A stretch of DNA of 32,000 bases from Candidatus Methylomirabilis oxygeniifera (lineage in GTDB: Bacteria; Methylomirabilota; Methylomirabilia; Methylomirabilales; Methylomirabilaceae), in assembly GCA_000091165.1 (NCBI GenBank), contig FP565575.1, positions 1,470,001-1,502,000 on the forward strand, written 5' to 3'. The notes below the pieces were generated by a model, which worked only from the letters and a program-made list of their open reading frames with translations, did not search any database and was not told the DNA's origin. A program made the translations under genes and the position numbers. Below, piece by piece: positions 17,295-26,074 of this stretch (positions within the stretch are counted from its first letter, which is position 1; every line of letters begins with the position of its first letter).

Positions 17295-18026
17295 TCACTG
17301 GAACCCTATCACCAACGAGCGCACCACCAGATGCCACCCATCAGCGAGGACGAACAGCAACAGCTTGAATGGAAACGAGATGACCGGGGGCGGCAGAAAC
17401 AGCATTCCCATCGAGATGAGTACGCTCGAGACAACCATGTCGATCACAAGAAAGGGGATGAACAGGACAAATCCGATCTGAAAGGCGGTCCGCAATTCGC
17501 TGATGGCGTAGGCCGGGACCAGCACGTGGGTCGGGACCGCTGCGCGGTCTTTCGGTCGCTCCAGCCGTGCCAAGTGGACCATAAGGGCCAGGTCCCGCTC
17601 CCGCGTCTGCTTGAACATGAACGTCCGGAGCGGCTGGAGCGCGCGCTCCAGCGCCGCCTCCTGGGCAAGTTGCCGGCTCAGGTAGGGTTGGAGAGCTTCC
17701 CGATTGATCTGCTCGCCCACCGGCGCCATAACAAAGAAAGTGAGGAACAGTGTGAGCCCGATCAAGACCTGGTTGGGCGGCATTTGCTGGGTCCCCATTG
17801 CCGTTCTCAGGAAGGACAGCACGATGATGATCCTGGAGAACGAGGTCAGCATGATCACGAGCGCAGGCGCCATGGCCAACAGCGTCAGCAGGATAACGAG
17901 CTGCACCGCTACCGTCGGCTCTGCGCTTCCTGCCCCGCCCGCGACCAATGGCAGTTGCGGAATGGGGACAAACGATGGTCCTACGGCGAGCGGAGACGCC
18001 GCGACGAATGTTCCGATCCCCATCAT
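17295..18026 (-). CDS. fliP: Flagellar export protein FliP
   Basis: VILLTLLAMAPALVIMLTSFSRIIIVLSFLRTAMGTQQMPPNQVLIGLTLFLTFFVMAPV...FLVIDMVVSSVLISMGMLFLPPPVISFPFKLLLFVLADGW. Confidence 0.97.
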   Translation of the reverse strand: MMGIGTFVAASPLAVGPSFVPIPQLPLVAGGAGSAEPTVAVQLVILLTLLAMAPALVIMLTSFSRIIIVLSFLRTAMGTQQMPPNQVLIGLTLFLTFFVMAPVGEQINREALQPYLSRQLAQEAALERALQPLRTFMFKQTRERDLALMVHLARLERPKDRAAVPTHVLVPAYAISELRTAFQIGFVLFIPFLVIDMVVSSVLISMGMLFLPPPVISFPFKLLLFVLADGWHLVVRSLVIGFQ

Positions 18027-18787
18027 TCCGAGGCCCCCGTTCCCCAGAGCTTGTTCAGTCGTCTCAACCGACCCTCCAGCCCGGTCAGAGCCGCCGCACG
18101 CTCCCGCGCAAACCCAGACGGGGAGCGATTTTCAGATCCGCCAATCCCGCCGATCGTCGCGTCATCAGCTCCTGTGTCGGAGGACACCGCGGAGGTGTTC
18201 GACGGAAGCGTGTGCAGCAGCGTAATTCCGGAACCCGTCTGGCCAAGCAGCAGGATATCGGTCCCCACCTGCACAAGACACAGCGATTCCTTCGGACCCA
18301 GATACGTCCGACTCAGGATCCGGATAGTCCCGTCCCGGTTCATACCCCGCGGCCCGCGCAATCCGAACCGTTTATAGAGGTAGACCCCAAGCGCCAGCAC
18401 GCCAAGCACCGTCCCGAGCGCGGTGAAGACCTGCGAGGTGACGCCGGCGCCTGGTAACGGGATCTCGGGATCGCGATAACTCGGCAAATCGAGCCGCTGA
18501 GAATCGGAGACCGGCGCCGGCTCACTCACACCAGGCTCTTGCGGTGACTCGGCGATCGCTATACACGGCATTGCCCCAACAAGCCAGAGTGTAATGGCAA
18601 GGCGCGCACACCAGAGTGGCCGGGGTGGACGGGGGTTGGCGACGCGTCGTCGATGGCAGGCGAAGCATGGACAGCGCAGCCTGCCGGCGCCGATTCGAGC
18701 CGTACATGGACGTACGGCGAGATTAAGCGGAGTCAATCGCCGTCCACCTATGACCCACAGGGCTCGTACTTCGCACCACGTACTCAT
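18023..18787 (-). CDS. fliO: FliO-like flagellar protein (start uncertain)
   Basis: Position between fliN and fliP; single TM (VFTALGTVLGVLALGVYLYKRFG) followed by IRILSRTYLGPKESLCLVQVGTDILLLGQTGSGITLLHTL. The annotated N-terminus is atypical. Confidence 0.8.
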   Translation of the reverse strand: MSTWCEVRALWVIGGRRLTPLNLAVRPCTARIGAGRLRCPCFACHRRRVANPRPPRPLWCARLAITLWLVGAMPCIAIAESPQEPGVSEPAPVSDSQRLDLPSYRDPEIPLPGAGVTSQVFTALGTVLGVLALGVYLYKRFGLRGPRGMNRDGTIRILSRTYLGPKESLCLVQVGTDILLLGQTGSGITLLHTLPSNTSAVSSDTGADDATIGGIGGSENRSPSGFARERAAALTGLEGRLRRLNKLWGTGASE

Positions 18788-19758
18788 CGCAGATTCTTAA
18801 TCCGATCGGCCACGCTGGTGATGCTGGTCAGCCGCACCCCGAAGTTTTCGTCGATGATGATCACCTCACCCTTGGCGATCGGCTTGTCGTTCACAAGAAT
18901 GTCCACCGCGTCGCCGGCCTGCTTGTCCAGCTCGACGATCGATCCTGGCCCAAGTTGGAGGATATCTCGAATTTGAAGCCGGGTCCGCCCGAGCTCCACG
19001 CTGACCTGAAGATTGACGTCGAGCAGCATATCGATACCGTTGTTTGGTCCGACCCGTTCCCCTCCGGTCAGGGGAACGAATGGCGCTTGAGCTGAGGCAG
19101 ACGTTGCAGACACTGTATCCTCCTTCGCAACCAAAGTGTCGTTATGGGGCTGAGCCTTATCAGTTTCCGGCAGCAGAGACGGGGAGACGATCAGCGCCAC
19201 CTCTCCGGACGCCAAGCCTTCACGTGTGAGACTGGCTACGCAGAGCAACGGGGTGGACGCCTCTTCGCGGAATACCGCAAGGCAGACCCCGGCCTCGGTT
19301 AAAGCGGTCACGGTCCCCGCTTCAACAGTGACCGGCTTCCCCAACGCTGCTCGCAGCGCCGTCCCGAGACTTCCGCCGATCTGATTCGCGGCTTCCGAGA
19401 GCGCATCAAGATAATCCGCAGACAACTCCGATCCTGGCGTAGGCTCCTCTCCCAGAATGAGTTGTGCCAAGCCGATGGCGTCGTCCGCCCTCCAGACCAA
19501 GTGCTCGGCGCCGACAAGGCCCTGACTCGCTTGCATCGCCATACCGACACATGGCCCGGGCAGGAGAGCGAGCAATGTCGAGGGCGATACCGGAACAATC
19601 CGATCGAACCTAAGCCGCACCGGGCGACCACAGAGTACCGAGAAGACCTGGGAGGAGGCCTCGAAAACAAGTTGTCCGTGCCGCTCCAATGCTGAAGACA
19701 CCGTCTCAACTTCGGCTAAAGATGCTGACTGGTTGCGTCGATCAGTGGCGTGCGCCAT
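18784..19758 (-). CDS. fliN: Flagellar switch protein FliN/FliY with N-terminal CheC-like region
   Basis: C-terminal DVNLQVSVELGRTRLQIRDILQLGPGSIVELDKQAGDAVDILVNDKPIAKGEVIIIDENFGVRLTSI; long N-terminal region. Start chosen at MAHATD; ORF extends to 19791. Confidence 0.9.
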   Translation of the reverse strand: MAHATDRRNQSASLAEVETVSSALERHGQLVFEASSQVFSVLCGRPVRLRFDRIVPVSPSTLLALLPGPCVGMAMQASQGLVGAEHLVWRADDAIGLAQLILGEEPTPGSELSADYLDALSEAANQIGGSLGTALRAALGKPVTVEAGTVTALTEAGVCLAVFREEASTPLLCVASLTREGLASGEVALIVSPSLLPETDKAQPHNDTLVAKEDTVSATSASAQAPFVPLTGGERVGPNNGIDMLLDVNLQVSVELGRTRLQIRDILQLGPGSIVELDKQAGDAVDILVNDKPIAKGEVIIIDENFGVRLTSITSVADRIKNLR

Positions 19759-20743
19759 GCGCTGACTTCTCCTCTGAGATATCGGCCACAATCTGGACAG
19801 CCCTTTTCCTGTGCGACGTACCGACCTTTACCACGTATTTCGGCACCCCCTCTACCTCGAGCACGCCGAGAGACGACGCTCCAATATCCAGGCGCACGAT
19901 ATCGCCCGCCTTGAGAAAACTCAGTTCATGGACGGTCAGCGGGATCGAACCGAGCAACGCCCGAACACTGAGACCGACAGCCGGCATGGCCTTGGCGATT
20001 TCAGCAGCCCCCACCTCATCCGTTTCCTCTCTGTGCCCGGCGATCCATCGTCTCAGCGACAGATTCGGAATAACAGGCTCAAGCATGGAGAACGGAAAGC
20101 AGAGACTCATCATTCCTTCAACGTCGCCTATCTTGACGTCAAAGCCGATCAGGATCACCATATCGGTGGGCGCCGCAAGCTGGAGGAAGCCCGGGTTGAC
20201 CTCCAGATTCAGCAGTTCAAACTGGAAGAGGCTGACGCGGCTCCAGGCGTTCCGGAGGTCCTCGAGCGTGCGCCGAAGCAGCTTCGACACCAGTGCCCGC
20301 TCAATCTCGGTCAGTTCTCGCGCCACATCGGATATCCGTCCCGCACCCCCGAGGATCCGATCGATAATATAAGAGATGAGCCGCGGCGGAAGTTCGACAA
20401 TGGCGCCACCCTTCAGCGGCTTCATCCCGAAGATACCCAGGCAGGCGGGATAAGCGACCGATGCGATATATTCGGCATACGCCATCTGCTCTACCAGGGT
20501 CGGCCGGATCTCAACAAATGTTCTCAGGAGCGGCGAGAGGGTACCTCCCATCTGTTTCGCGAAGCGGTCGTGAAGCATCTGAAGGGCTTGGAGCTGTTCC
20601 TTGGAGATCCGATTGGGCCTGCGAAAATCGTATCGGATGAATTGTCGCTTGACCTGGGTCGGCGCGCCGACCGCCGGTACCGCGCCCTTTGCGGCCGCCG
20701 ACAACAGCGAGTCGATCTCTTCCTGTGTCAGAATCTCACTCAT
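19742..20743 (-). CDS. fliM: Flagellar switch protein FliM
   Basis: MSEILTQEEIDSLL N-terminal CheY-binding motif; YDFRRPNRISKEQLQALQMLHDRFAKQMGGTLSPLLRTFVEI. Confidence 0.97.
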   Translation of the reverse strand: MSEILTQEEIDSLLSAAAKGAVPAVGAPTQVKRQFIRYDFRRPNRISKEQLQALQMLHDRFAKQMGGTLSPLLRTFVEIRPTLVEQMAYAEYIASVAYPACLGIFGMKPLKGGAIVELPPRLISYIIDRILGGAGRISDVARELTEIERALVSKLLRRTLEDLRNAWSRVSLFQFELLNLEVNPGFLQLAAPTDMVILIGFDVKIGDVEGMMSLCFPFSMLEPVIPNLSLRRWIAGHREETDEVGAAEIAKAMPAVGLSVRALLGSIPLTVHELSFLKAGDIVRLDIGASSLGVLEVEGVPKYVVKVGTSHRKRAVQIVADISEEKSAHGARH

Positions 20744-20824
20744 CAGATGATCTCGCTCGGTGGTTTATGATCGGTGATCGGTTTTTACTGATTGGTGAAA
20801 GTTGACCGCGACTCATGGAGGTAT

Positions 20825-20840
20825 AGCAAGTGTAATGCCA
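20825..20840 (-). promoter_or_regulatory. Candidate sigma-54 (-24/-12) promoter upstream of fliM
   Basis: Minus strand TGGCATTACACTTGCT, GG-N10-GC spacing, ~80 nt upstream of the fliM start. Confidence 0.6.
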
Positions 20841-21112
20841 GTAGAAGCAGAACGCTTTTGTCACGATTGGAGCGATTTTCAATCGGATGAGAAGAGCGGA
20901 TACGACCCCTTACCTCTCGGCGTGACCAATACCTCACCACCTGATTCGTAGCGACCCGGGGAACCGCGTGATCATCAGCAGATAGCGGAGATGATGAAAT
21001 TTGATCGGATGGAAAAAAATTAGCCGTACAGGTATAAGGGGCGTAAGGGGCGAGTGTGAAGTTCGTGGTGTGAGGGATAAAATATAGGGTGGGTGTAGGG
21101 TATGGATGAAGC

Positions 21113-21664
21113 TTACTGGATTACGAACTCGGTAAGATAGACATTCTGCAGTCGATCGGCTCCCAGTTCCTTACCGAACTGATCCGCGATCTGCTGCTTC
21201 AGGGCCTGCAGACTCCCCGCACTCGTCACCTCTTCCAGCGGCTTACCGGAAAGAATCTGGATCAACCGATCACTTAACAGGGCTTTGCGTGCCTCTACCT
21301 CTTTGACCAGTTCCTCTTCTTCCGGAATCTCGATCTGAACGGTCACCTTCAGATAGCGACGTCCATTTGTTCCGGCGATGTTGACGATAGCGGGATCAAG
21401 AGGGAGGATCTTGCCGGCGTGATGCTCCTTCTTCGCCTCGGGCTCCGACTCCTTCGCCTGCTCCTTCCCATTTACGACAAGCATCGGCTTCAGCACATAG
21501 ATGTTGATGCCAAAGGCAGCACCGGTCAGAGCGATCACGATCCCTGCCTGAACGGCCATCGCTACGAGCTTCCCGCGGCCCGCGGCTGAGGTCTTCTTCT
21601 CCTCGCCGCCGGGCGATTCCGAACCTCCGACCTCACGGATCTCAGCTTTTGCGTCGTCAGCCAC
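21113..21664 (-). CDS. fliL: Flagellar basal body-associated protein FliL
   Basis: Single TM near the N-terminus, ILPLDPAIVNIAGTNGRRYLKVTVQIEI...LSDRLIQILSGKPLEEVTSAGSLQALKQQIADQFGKEL...VYLTEFVIQ. Confidence 0.88.
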   Translation of the reverse strand: MADDAKAEIREVGGSESPGGEEKKTSAAGRGKLVAMAVQAGIVIALTGAAFGINIYVLKPMLVVNGKEQAKESEPEAKKEHHAGKILPLDPAIVNIAGTNGRRYLKVTVQIEIPEEEELVKEVEARKALLSDRLIQILSGKPLEEVTSAGSLQALKQQIADQFGKELGADRLQNVYLTEFVIQ

Positions 21665-21688
21665 CTGTCGCCTCCCGCATTCCCCTCA

Positions 21689-21883
21689 TCAACGGAGGCG
21701 CGTTGCGATCATACGTCGATAGGCCATGACCTTCTCGACCACCTGATCCACGCTCTCCACAACCATCAGTTTCTTCCCCGTGGTGAGTGAGACGATCGTA
21801 TCGGGGGTTGCCTCGATGATCTCGATCAGCTCCGCATTCACCGTTACCTCAGCGCCGTTTATTCTGCTCAGCTTTACCATCAT
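21689..21883 (-). CDS. flbD: FlbD-like flagellar protein
   Basis: MVKLSRINGAEVTVNAELIEIIEATPDTIVSLTTGKKLMVVESVDQVVEKVMAYRR. Confidence 0.92.
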   Translation of the reverse strand: MMVKLSRINGAEVTVNAELIEIIEATPDTIVSLTTGKKLMVVESVDQVVEKVMAYRRMIATRLR

Positions 21884-21955
21884 TAGTCCGAGTGTCCAAT
21901 GAACTGCCCCGGGGCAAGCCGCGGGGGATGAACCCTCAGAGGATTCACGCCAACC

Positions 21956-23113
21956 TCAGCAGACAACTCCCATTTGAGCGCCCTCGAGCACGCGGTCCAT
22001 CGATCCCACCCCTTTGGGCGTCGAGATCGCCGTTCTGCCGGATCCACGGTGAAGACTCCTGTAAAGATCCAACCACTGTCGGACATTGGTCTTCAGATGA
22101 AATCTCTCTCGTACTGTCGCATAGGCGTTGCGCGCCAATCGCTCCCGCTCCGCTCTGTCCTCTACCAGCCTCGTCAACTGTCTCAGCCACTCCTGATGGC
22201 GATTCTTTTTCACCAGGATGCCGTTCTCTCCGTCAGTGATCGTGCGAGTATACGGATAGACGGGAGAGGCCACAGTCGGTACCTTGAACATACTGTACTC
22301 GAGATATTTCAGATTGCTCTTCGCCTCATTGAAACGGTTATCACGCAGCGGCGTCAGGCCGATGTCCAGCCGGAGGGCCGCCATGGCATGGTAGTAGCTG
22401 TTGGTCGGCACGAACGGATGAACCTCGAGCCTGTCCGCGGGCACCTCTCGTCGAATCCGCTCCGGTACCCAGCCGAAGAAGACCAACTGTACGTCGGGAC
22501 GCTTCGCCATCGTGATGAGGGCGTCGACCGCGCAGTCGAGATCGCCCTCGTGAAAATTCGATCCGGACCAGCCGATCCTCACCATCGCATTGCGACAGGT
22601 TTGCCGCCCCAAGCGGCTTCCGACAATCGTATCGGCGAGATCGGGATCGACCGCGTTGGGCAGTACGACGACATGGTCATGCACGGCGTCAACCACCCGC
22701 TTGAGCGGCTCCGTCGACACCGTGACGACGTCGGCCACCCGGATGAATCGGGTCAGCCTCGAGAGCCCACCAGCCTGATAGTACCGATAGACCGGATTCT
22801 TGACCGGAAGATGCCAGAAGTCATCGTCGAGCTCATAGACGATCTTCTTACCCATCGCCTTCTGCTCATGTATGAACTCCAGCATACTATCAGAGAGCTG
22901 TCGCTGACAGACCAGAATATCGGCGCCCCTCGCAAACGTCCTCACCTCGTCGGTTAAGGAAGTACCGGCTCTCGTATCAATTCCGTAGAGGTTGCGCAGG
23001 TAGATCCCAGGCAGCAGACACCGGTACCACCCACACCCCGTCTGATCGGCCAGCAGGTAGAGGACTCTGAGACTCCCTGGCGGAATTTCTTTTTTAACTG
23101 AGATCAGCGGCAT
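21956..23113 (-). CDS. Glycosyltransferase (GT4-like)
   Basis: RVLYLLADQTGCGWYRCLLP...IVYELDDDFWHLP...VVTVSTEPLKRVV...VVVLPNAVD...RIGWSGSNFHEGDLD...GLTPLRDNRFNEAKSNLKYLEYSMFKVPTVAS...ITDGENGILV. Confidence 0.85.
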   Translation of the reverse strand: MPLISVKKEIPPGSLRVLYLLADQTGCGWYRCLLPGIYLRNLYGIDTRAGTSLTDEVRTFARGADILVCQRQLSDSMLEFIHEQKAMGKKIVYELDDDFWHLPVKNPVYRYYQAGGLSRLTRFIRVADVVTVSTEPLKRVVDAVHDHVVVLPNAVDPDLADTIVGSRLGRQTCRNAMVRIGWSGSNFHEGDLDCAVDALITMAKRPDVQLVFFGWVPERIRREVPADRLEVHPFVPTNSYYHAMAALRLDIGLTPLRDNRFNEAKSNLKYLEYSMFKVPTVASPVYPYTRTITDGENGILVKKNRHQEWLRQLTRLVEDRAERERLARNAYATVRERFHLKTNVRQWLDLYRSLHRGSGRTAISTPKGVGSMDRVLEGAQMGVVC

Positions 23114-23152
23114 CCGACACCCTACACCTCATACCCCGCATTTCTCTCCCTA

Positions 23153-24391
23153 CTACCGCAACAGGTTGAGGGTGGTCTGTTGAATCTGATTGGCTACAGA
23201 GATTACCTGGGCGTTGGCTTCATACCCCCGCTGGGCGATGATCAGATTGACCAGCTCCGTCCCCAGATCAACATTCGATTGTTCCAGGGCGCCTGCAACG
23301 ATGGTGCCCCTCCCACCGGTCCCGGCAACACCATATTGCGCCACCCCGGAGTTGGGGGTCTCCGCAAACTGTCCATTGGCCAGTCGCAGCAGACCGGCGG
23401 GATTCGAGAAGCTGGCCAGCTTCAGTGTGTCCATTTCCGTGACCAGCCCGTTGCTGTAGATCCCATTGACCATGCCGTCGTTGCTGACGGTAAAGGATGT
23501 GAGACTGCCTGGTGGCACCCCGTCCTGCTGCTTCATCGAGACGCTCGATAGGGCCGCAAATCCGGTAAGCGCGTCGAAGTCGATAGAAAATTCCTGAGCG
23601 GAGGCCGCGGCGTTGCCGGGATTAAAGGTAAAGATGCCTCCCCCTGAGCCCGGCCCCGTAATGCTGAGGACATTGCCGCCGCTGGCAAACTGAATTTGTC
23701 CTGCCGAGGCGCCGGTAAAGACGCCGGTATCGTTACTCGCGGCCGAGACCGCATAGTCCCATAGGCCCGTATTAGCCGACCCCGGCACCGAGAATGTTAC
23801 GTTCACCTGGTGCTTACCACCTAGAGTATCGATGATAAAAAAGCTCGTCTCAAGGGTGGACTCGTTCTCCGTTAACGTTATCGGATCATCCGCGTCGCTC
23901 GCATTGAGGTTACCGACCAGTTCGACCTCTGTAGTTCCGGCAGCCTCATTGCTTCCCAACGGGATATGGATGTCGCCATCGATCCCCTGGACCTTCAGGC
24001 CGGTCCCGGCATCGACCAGATTACCGTTAGCATCAAGCTCGAAGCTACCGACCCGCGTATAGATCTGACTCTCGCCGTTACTCAGGACATAGAAGCCCTC
24101 GCCCTGGATAGCAAGATCGGAGGATCGCCCGGTCGGCTCGATCGCCCCCTGTGTCTGAATATTCAGAATGCCGCCCACGATGACCCCGGCGCCGATCTGC
24201 ATCGGATCGATTCCACCGGTTGAGTCCGACGGCGGCGTCGCCCCTTCAATAGTCTGAACTAACAGCTCGGAAAACTGTGCCCGGCTCGCTTTATAGCCGG
24301 TCGTATTCGCGTTCGCGATGTTGTTGCCGATGACACCCAGGTCGGTCTGATAGGCTTTTAACCCGGTGATAGCCGTGCTGAATGTACTCAT
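23153..24391 (-). CDS. flgE: Flagellar hook protein FlgE
   Basis: MSTFSTAITGLKAYQTDLGVIGNNIANANTTGYKASRAQFSELL...; C-terminus GALEQSNVDLGTELVNLIIAQRGYEANAQVISVANQIQQTTLNLLR. Confidence 0.95.
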   Translation of the reverse strand: MSTFSTAITGLKAYQTDLGVIGNNIANANTTGYKASRAQFSELLVQTIEGATPPSDSTGGIDPMQIGAGVIVGGILNIQTQGAIEPTGRSSDLAIQGEGFYVLSNGESQIYTRVGSFELDANGNLVDAGTGLKVQGIDGDIHIPLGSNEAAGTTEVELVGNLNASDADDPITLTENESTLETSFFIIDTLGGKHQVNVTFSVPGSANTGLWDYAVSAASNDTGVFTGASAGQIQFASGGNVLSITGPGSGGGIFTFNPGNAAASAQEFSIDFDALTGFAALSSVSMKQQDGVPPGSLTSFTVSNDGMVNGIYSNGLVTEMDTLKLASFSNPAGLLRLANGQFAETPNSGVAQYGVAGTGGRGTIVAGALEQSNVDLGTELVNLIIAQRGYEANAQVISVANQIQQTTLNLLR

Positions 24392-24410
24392 CGCTTCTCC
24401 CTCCTGTTGT

Positions 24411-24463
24411 GTAGGGGCAGGGCTTGCCCTGCCCAAATAGGGCGCAGCAAGCAGCGCCCCTAC
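24411..24463. repeat. Compound palindromic intergenic repeat between flgD and flgE
   Basis: GTAGGGGCAGGGCTTGCCCTGCCCAAATAGGGCGCAGCAAGCAGCGCCCCTAC; outer arms GTAGGGGC/GCCCCTAC, inner hairpins GGGCAGGGC-TT-GCCCTGCCC and GGGCGC-N8-GCGCCC. Confidence 0.8.
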
Positions 24464-24475
24464 GTCTTTCTGCGC

Positions 24476-25180
24476 TTACCCCTGTGATGCGAGCGACACC
24501 TGGGAGATGGCGCCCAAGGAGACCATGCTTCCGTCCACGATCAGGAACGGCTGTGTCCCCTCGAAGTGAATGCCTGTCACCTGTCCGGATGCGGTATTCG
24601 CGCCGATAACCTCCCCGCCGGCGGCATTCGTGGCCACCACCTTATACAAGTAGCGTCCTGCAGGTATCGGCCGTCCATCGTCGCCAAGCCCGTCGAAGGT
24701 AAGCTGGTATGCTCCAGCCTCCTGTGTCCCCAACGGAACCGTCCGGAGCGGATTCCCCTGAAGGTCCTGGATTTGGAGCTGAACCGACGCGGCGTCGCTC
24801 GGCAGGCTATAACGCAGCGTAGTCGAGCCAACCCCAGCCTGTTCAAAGATGGTGCCGTTCGCCGTTACGACCTTTCCGATGTAGCTTGAGGCCAGGACCG
24901 CATCAAGCGAATTGCTTCCGCTGGTGGCGGCAGAGGAGGCCGAGAGCTGGGCGATCGAGGCATTGATCTGCTGAAGCTGCTCCAGTGAGGTGAATTGAGC
25001 AGTCTGCGCGATGAAGTCAGTACCCTGCAGCGGATTCAACGGATTTTGATTGCGTAACTGGGCGACCAGCAGCTTCAGGAAGGCATCCTTCCCAAGGCCT
25101 CTATCGAGTGCAGAACTGGTCGCAGCGCCCGCACCCTGCGGGCTTTGCACGGTGGTGGTGCTCCCGTTTGTGATCTCCAT
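24476..25180 (-). CDS. flgD: Flagellar hook-capping protein FlgD
   Basis: LGKDAFLKLLVAQLRNQNPLNPLQGTDFIAQTAQFTSLEQLQQIN plus C-terminal FlgD Ig/Tudor-like region. Confidence 0.96.
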   Translation of the reverse strand: MEITNGSTTTVQSPQGAGAATSSALDRGLGKDAFLKLLVAQLRNQNPLNPLQGTDFIAQTAQFTSLEQLQQINASIAQLSASSAATSGSNSLDAVLASSYIGKVVTANGTIFEQAGVGSTTLRYSLPSDAASVQLQIQDLQGNPLRTVPLGTQEAGAYQLTFDGLGDDGRPIPAGRYLYKVVATNAAGGEVIGANTASGQVTGIHFEGTQPFLIVDGSMVSLGAISQVSLASQG

Positions 25181-25200
25181 CGATCATCCCTCCTTTCTTA

Positions 25201-25260
25201 AGCGTTCAGCTATCAGCAGTCAGCTATCAGCTAAAGGCTACCGCTGATCGCTGCTGACCT
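25201..25260. repeat. Short degenerate CAGCTATCAGC-type repeat tract
   Basis: AGCGTTCAGCTATCAGCAGTCAGCTATCAGCTAAAGGCTACCGCTGATCGCTGCTGACC. Confidence 0.6.
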
Positions 25261-26023
25261 CAAAAATGCCCGTAAGCGGCACCAGCGCGCTTCCAACGTG
25301 AAGAAACGGCTGCCCGTTCTCGAACTGTACCCCCATCACTCGCCCAAATGCAGTACTGACGCGAGCCATCGGTTGACCTGCCGCATCGGTGGCGATGACC
25401 CTATACGTGTAAAGGCCGGACTGAAGCCCTCGCCCATCGAACATCATCTGATGGAATCCTCCCGGCTGCGGCCCGAGTTGGACGGTCCCGACTATCGTCC
25501 CCTGGAGGTCCCGCACCTCAATCCGGACCGATTCGGCAGCGGTGGGGAGGCGATACAGAAGAGTCGGTGGGACTGACCCGCGCAGTTCGATGGCCGAGCC
25601 GTTCGCCGCTATCTTCCGACCGATCAGATCCTGGGCCGCGCGGCTACGCGCGGCTGAAGGCTGAAGGCTGAAGGCTGAAGGCTCAACTGCAATCGGCCTC
25701 CGAGAGACTGCGGGTAGAGCTGTCGCCGGGGCAGACGTCCGTCCGGTCGCAAGCTGGGCCGTCAGCAGACCAACAGAGGTATCATCGGCAGAGCCGCTGA
25801 TGACGGTTGGCGCCGAGCCCTGGGATGAGGGAGAACCGACACGTCTCACGTCCGATCGAGTCGATCTCATAGACTGGCTCCGCTCCAGGATTGTATCGAA
25901 TGATCTTTCGGTGCGATCGGCCGCCGTACTGCTATCGAGACCTCGCTCAATAAGAGCGGTGACGGTCTTCCCTGCCAGTGCACCCAGCAGCCTGATCCCG
26001 ACGGCGGCAAGCACAGGTATCAT
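25238..26023 (-). CDS. FlgD-like paralog lacking the canonical FlgD N-terminal region
   Basis: C-terminal IGRKIAANGSAIELRGSVPPTLLYRLPTAAESVRIEVRDLQGTIVGTVQLG...FDGRGLQSGLYTYRVIATDAAG...GRVMGVQFENGQPFLHVGSALVPLTGIFEVSS aligns with the same region of FlgD. Confidence 0.8.
   Translation of the reverse strand: MIPVLAAVGIRLLGALAGKTVTALIERGLDSSTAADRTERSFDTILERSQSMRSTRSDVRRVGSPSSQGSAPTVISGSADDTSVGLLTAQLATGRTSAPATALPAVSRRPIAVEPSAFSLQPSAARSRAAQDLIGRKIAANGSAIELRGSVPPTLLYRLPTAAESVRIEVRDLQGTIVGTVQLGPQPGGFHQMMFDGRGLQSGLYTYRVIATDAAGQPMARVSTAFGRVMGVQFENGQPFLHVGSALVPLTGIFEVSSDQR
25652..25683. repeat. GGCTGAA heptanucleotide tandem repeat (4 units plus partial)
   Basis: GGCTGAAGGCTGAAGGCTGAAGGCTGAAGGCT; translated in frame as EPSAFSLQPSA. 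Confidence 0.9.
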
Positions 26024-26074
26024 CTTAGGTCCCCCTTTTTTGTGAAGCAGTCAGCCGATCGCTGAAGACTGCTC

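Noticed and set aside
17232-18377. 381-aa plus-strand ORF
   Set aside because: Antisense shadow of fliP/fliQ/fliO with His/Arg-rich low-complexity composition and no recognisable domain.
19811-20770. 319-aa plus-strand ORF
   Set aside because: Fully antisense to fliM; no recognisable domain.
21974-22957. 327-aa plus-strand ORF
   Set aside because: Antisense to the glycosyltransferase gene, which has clear family motifs.
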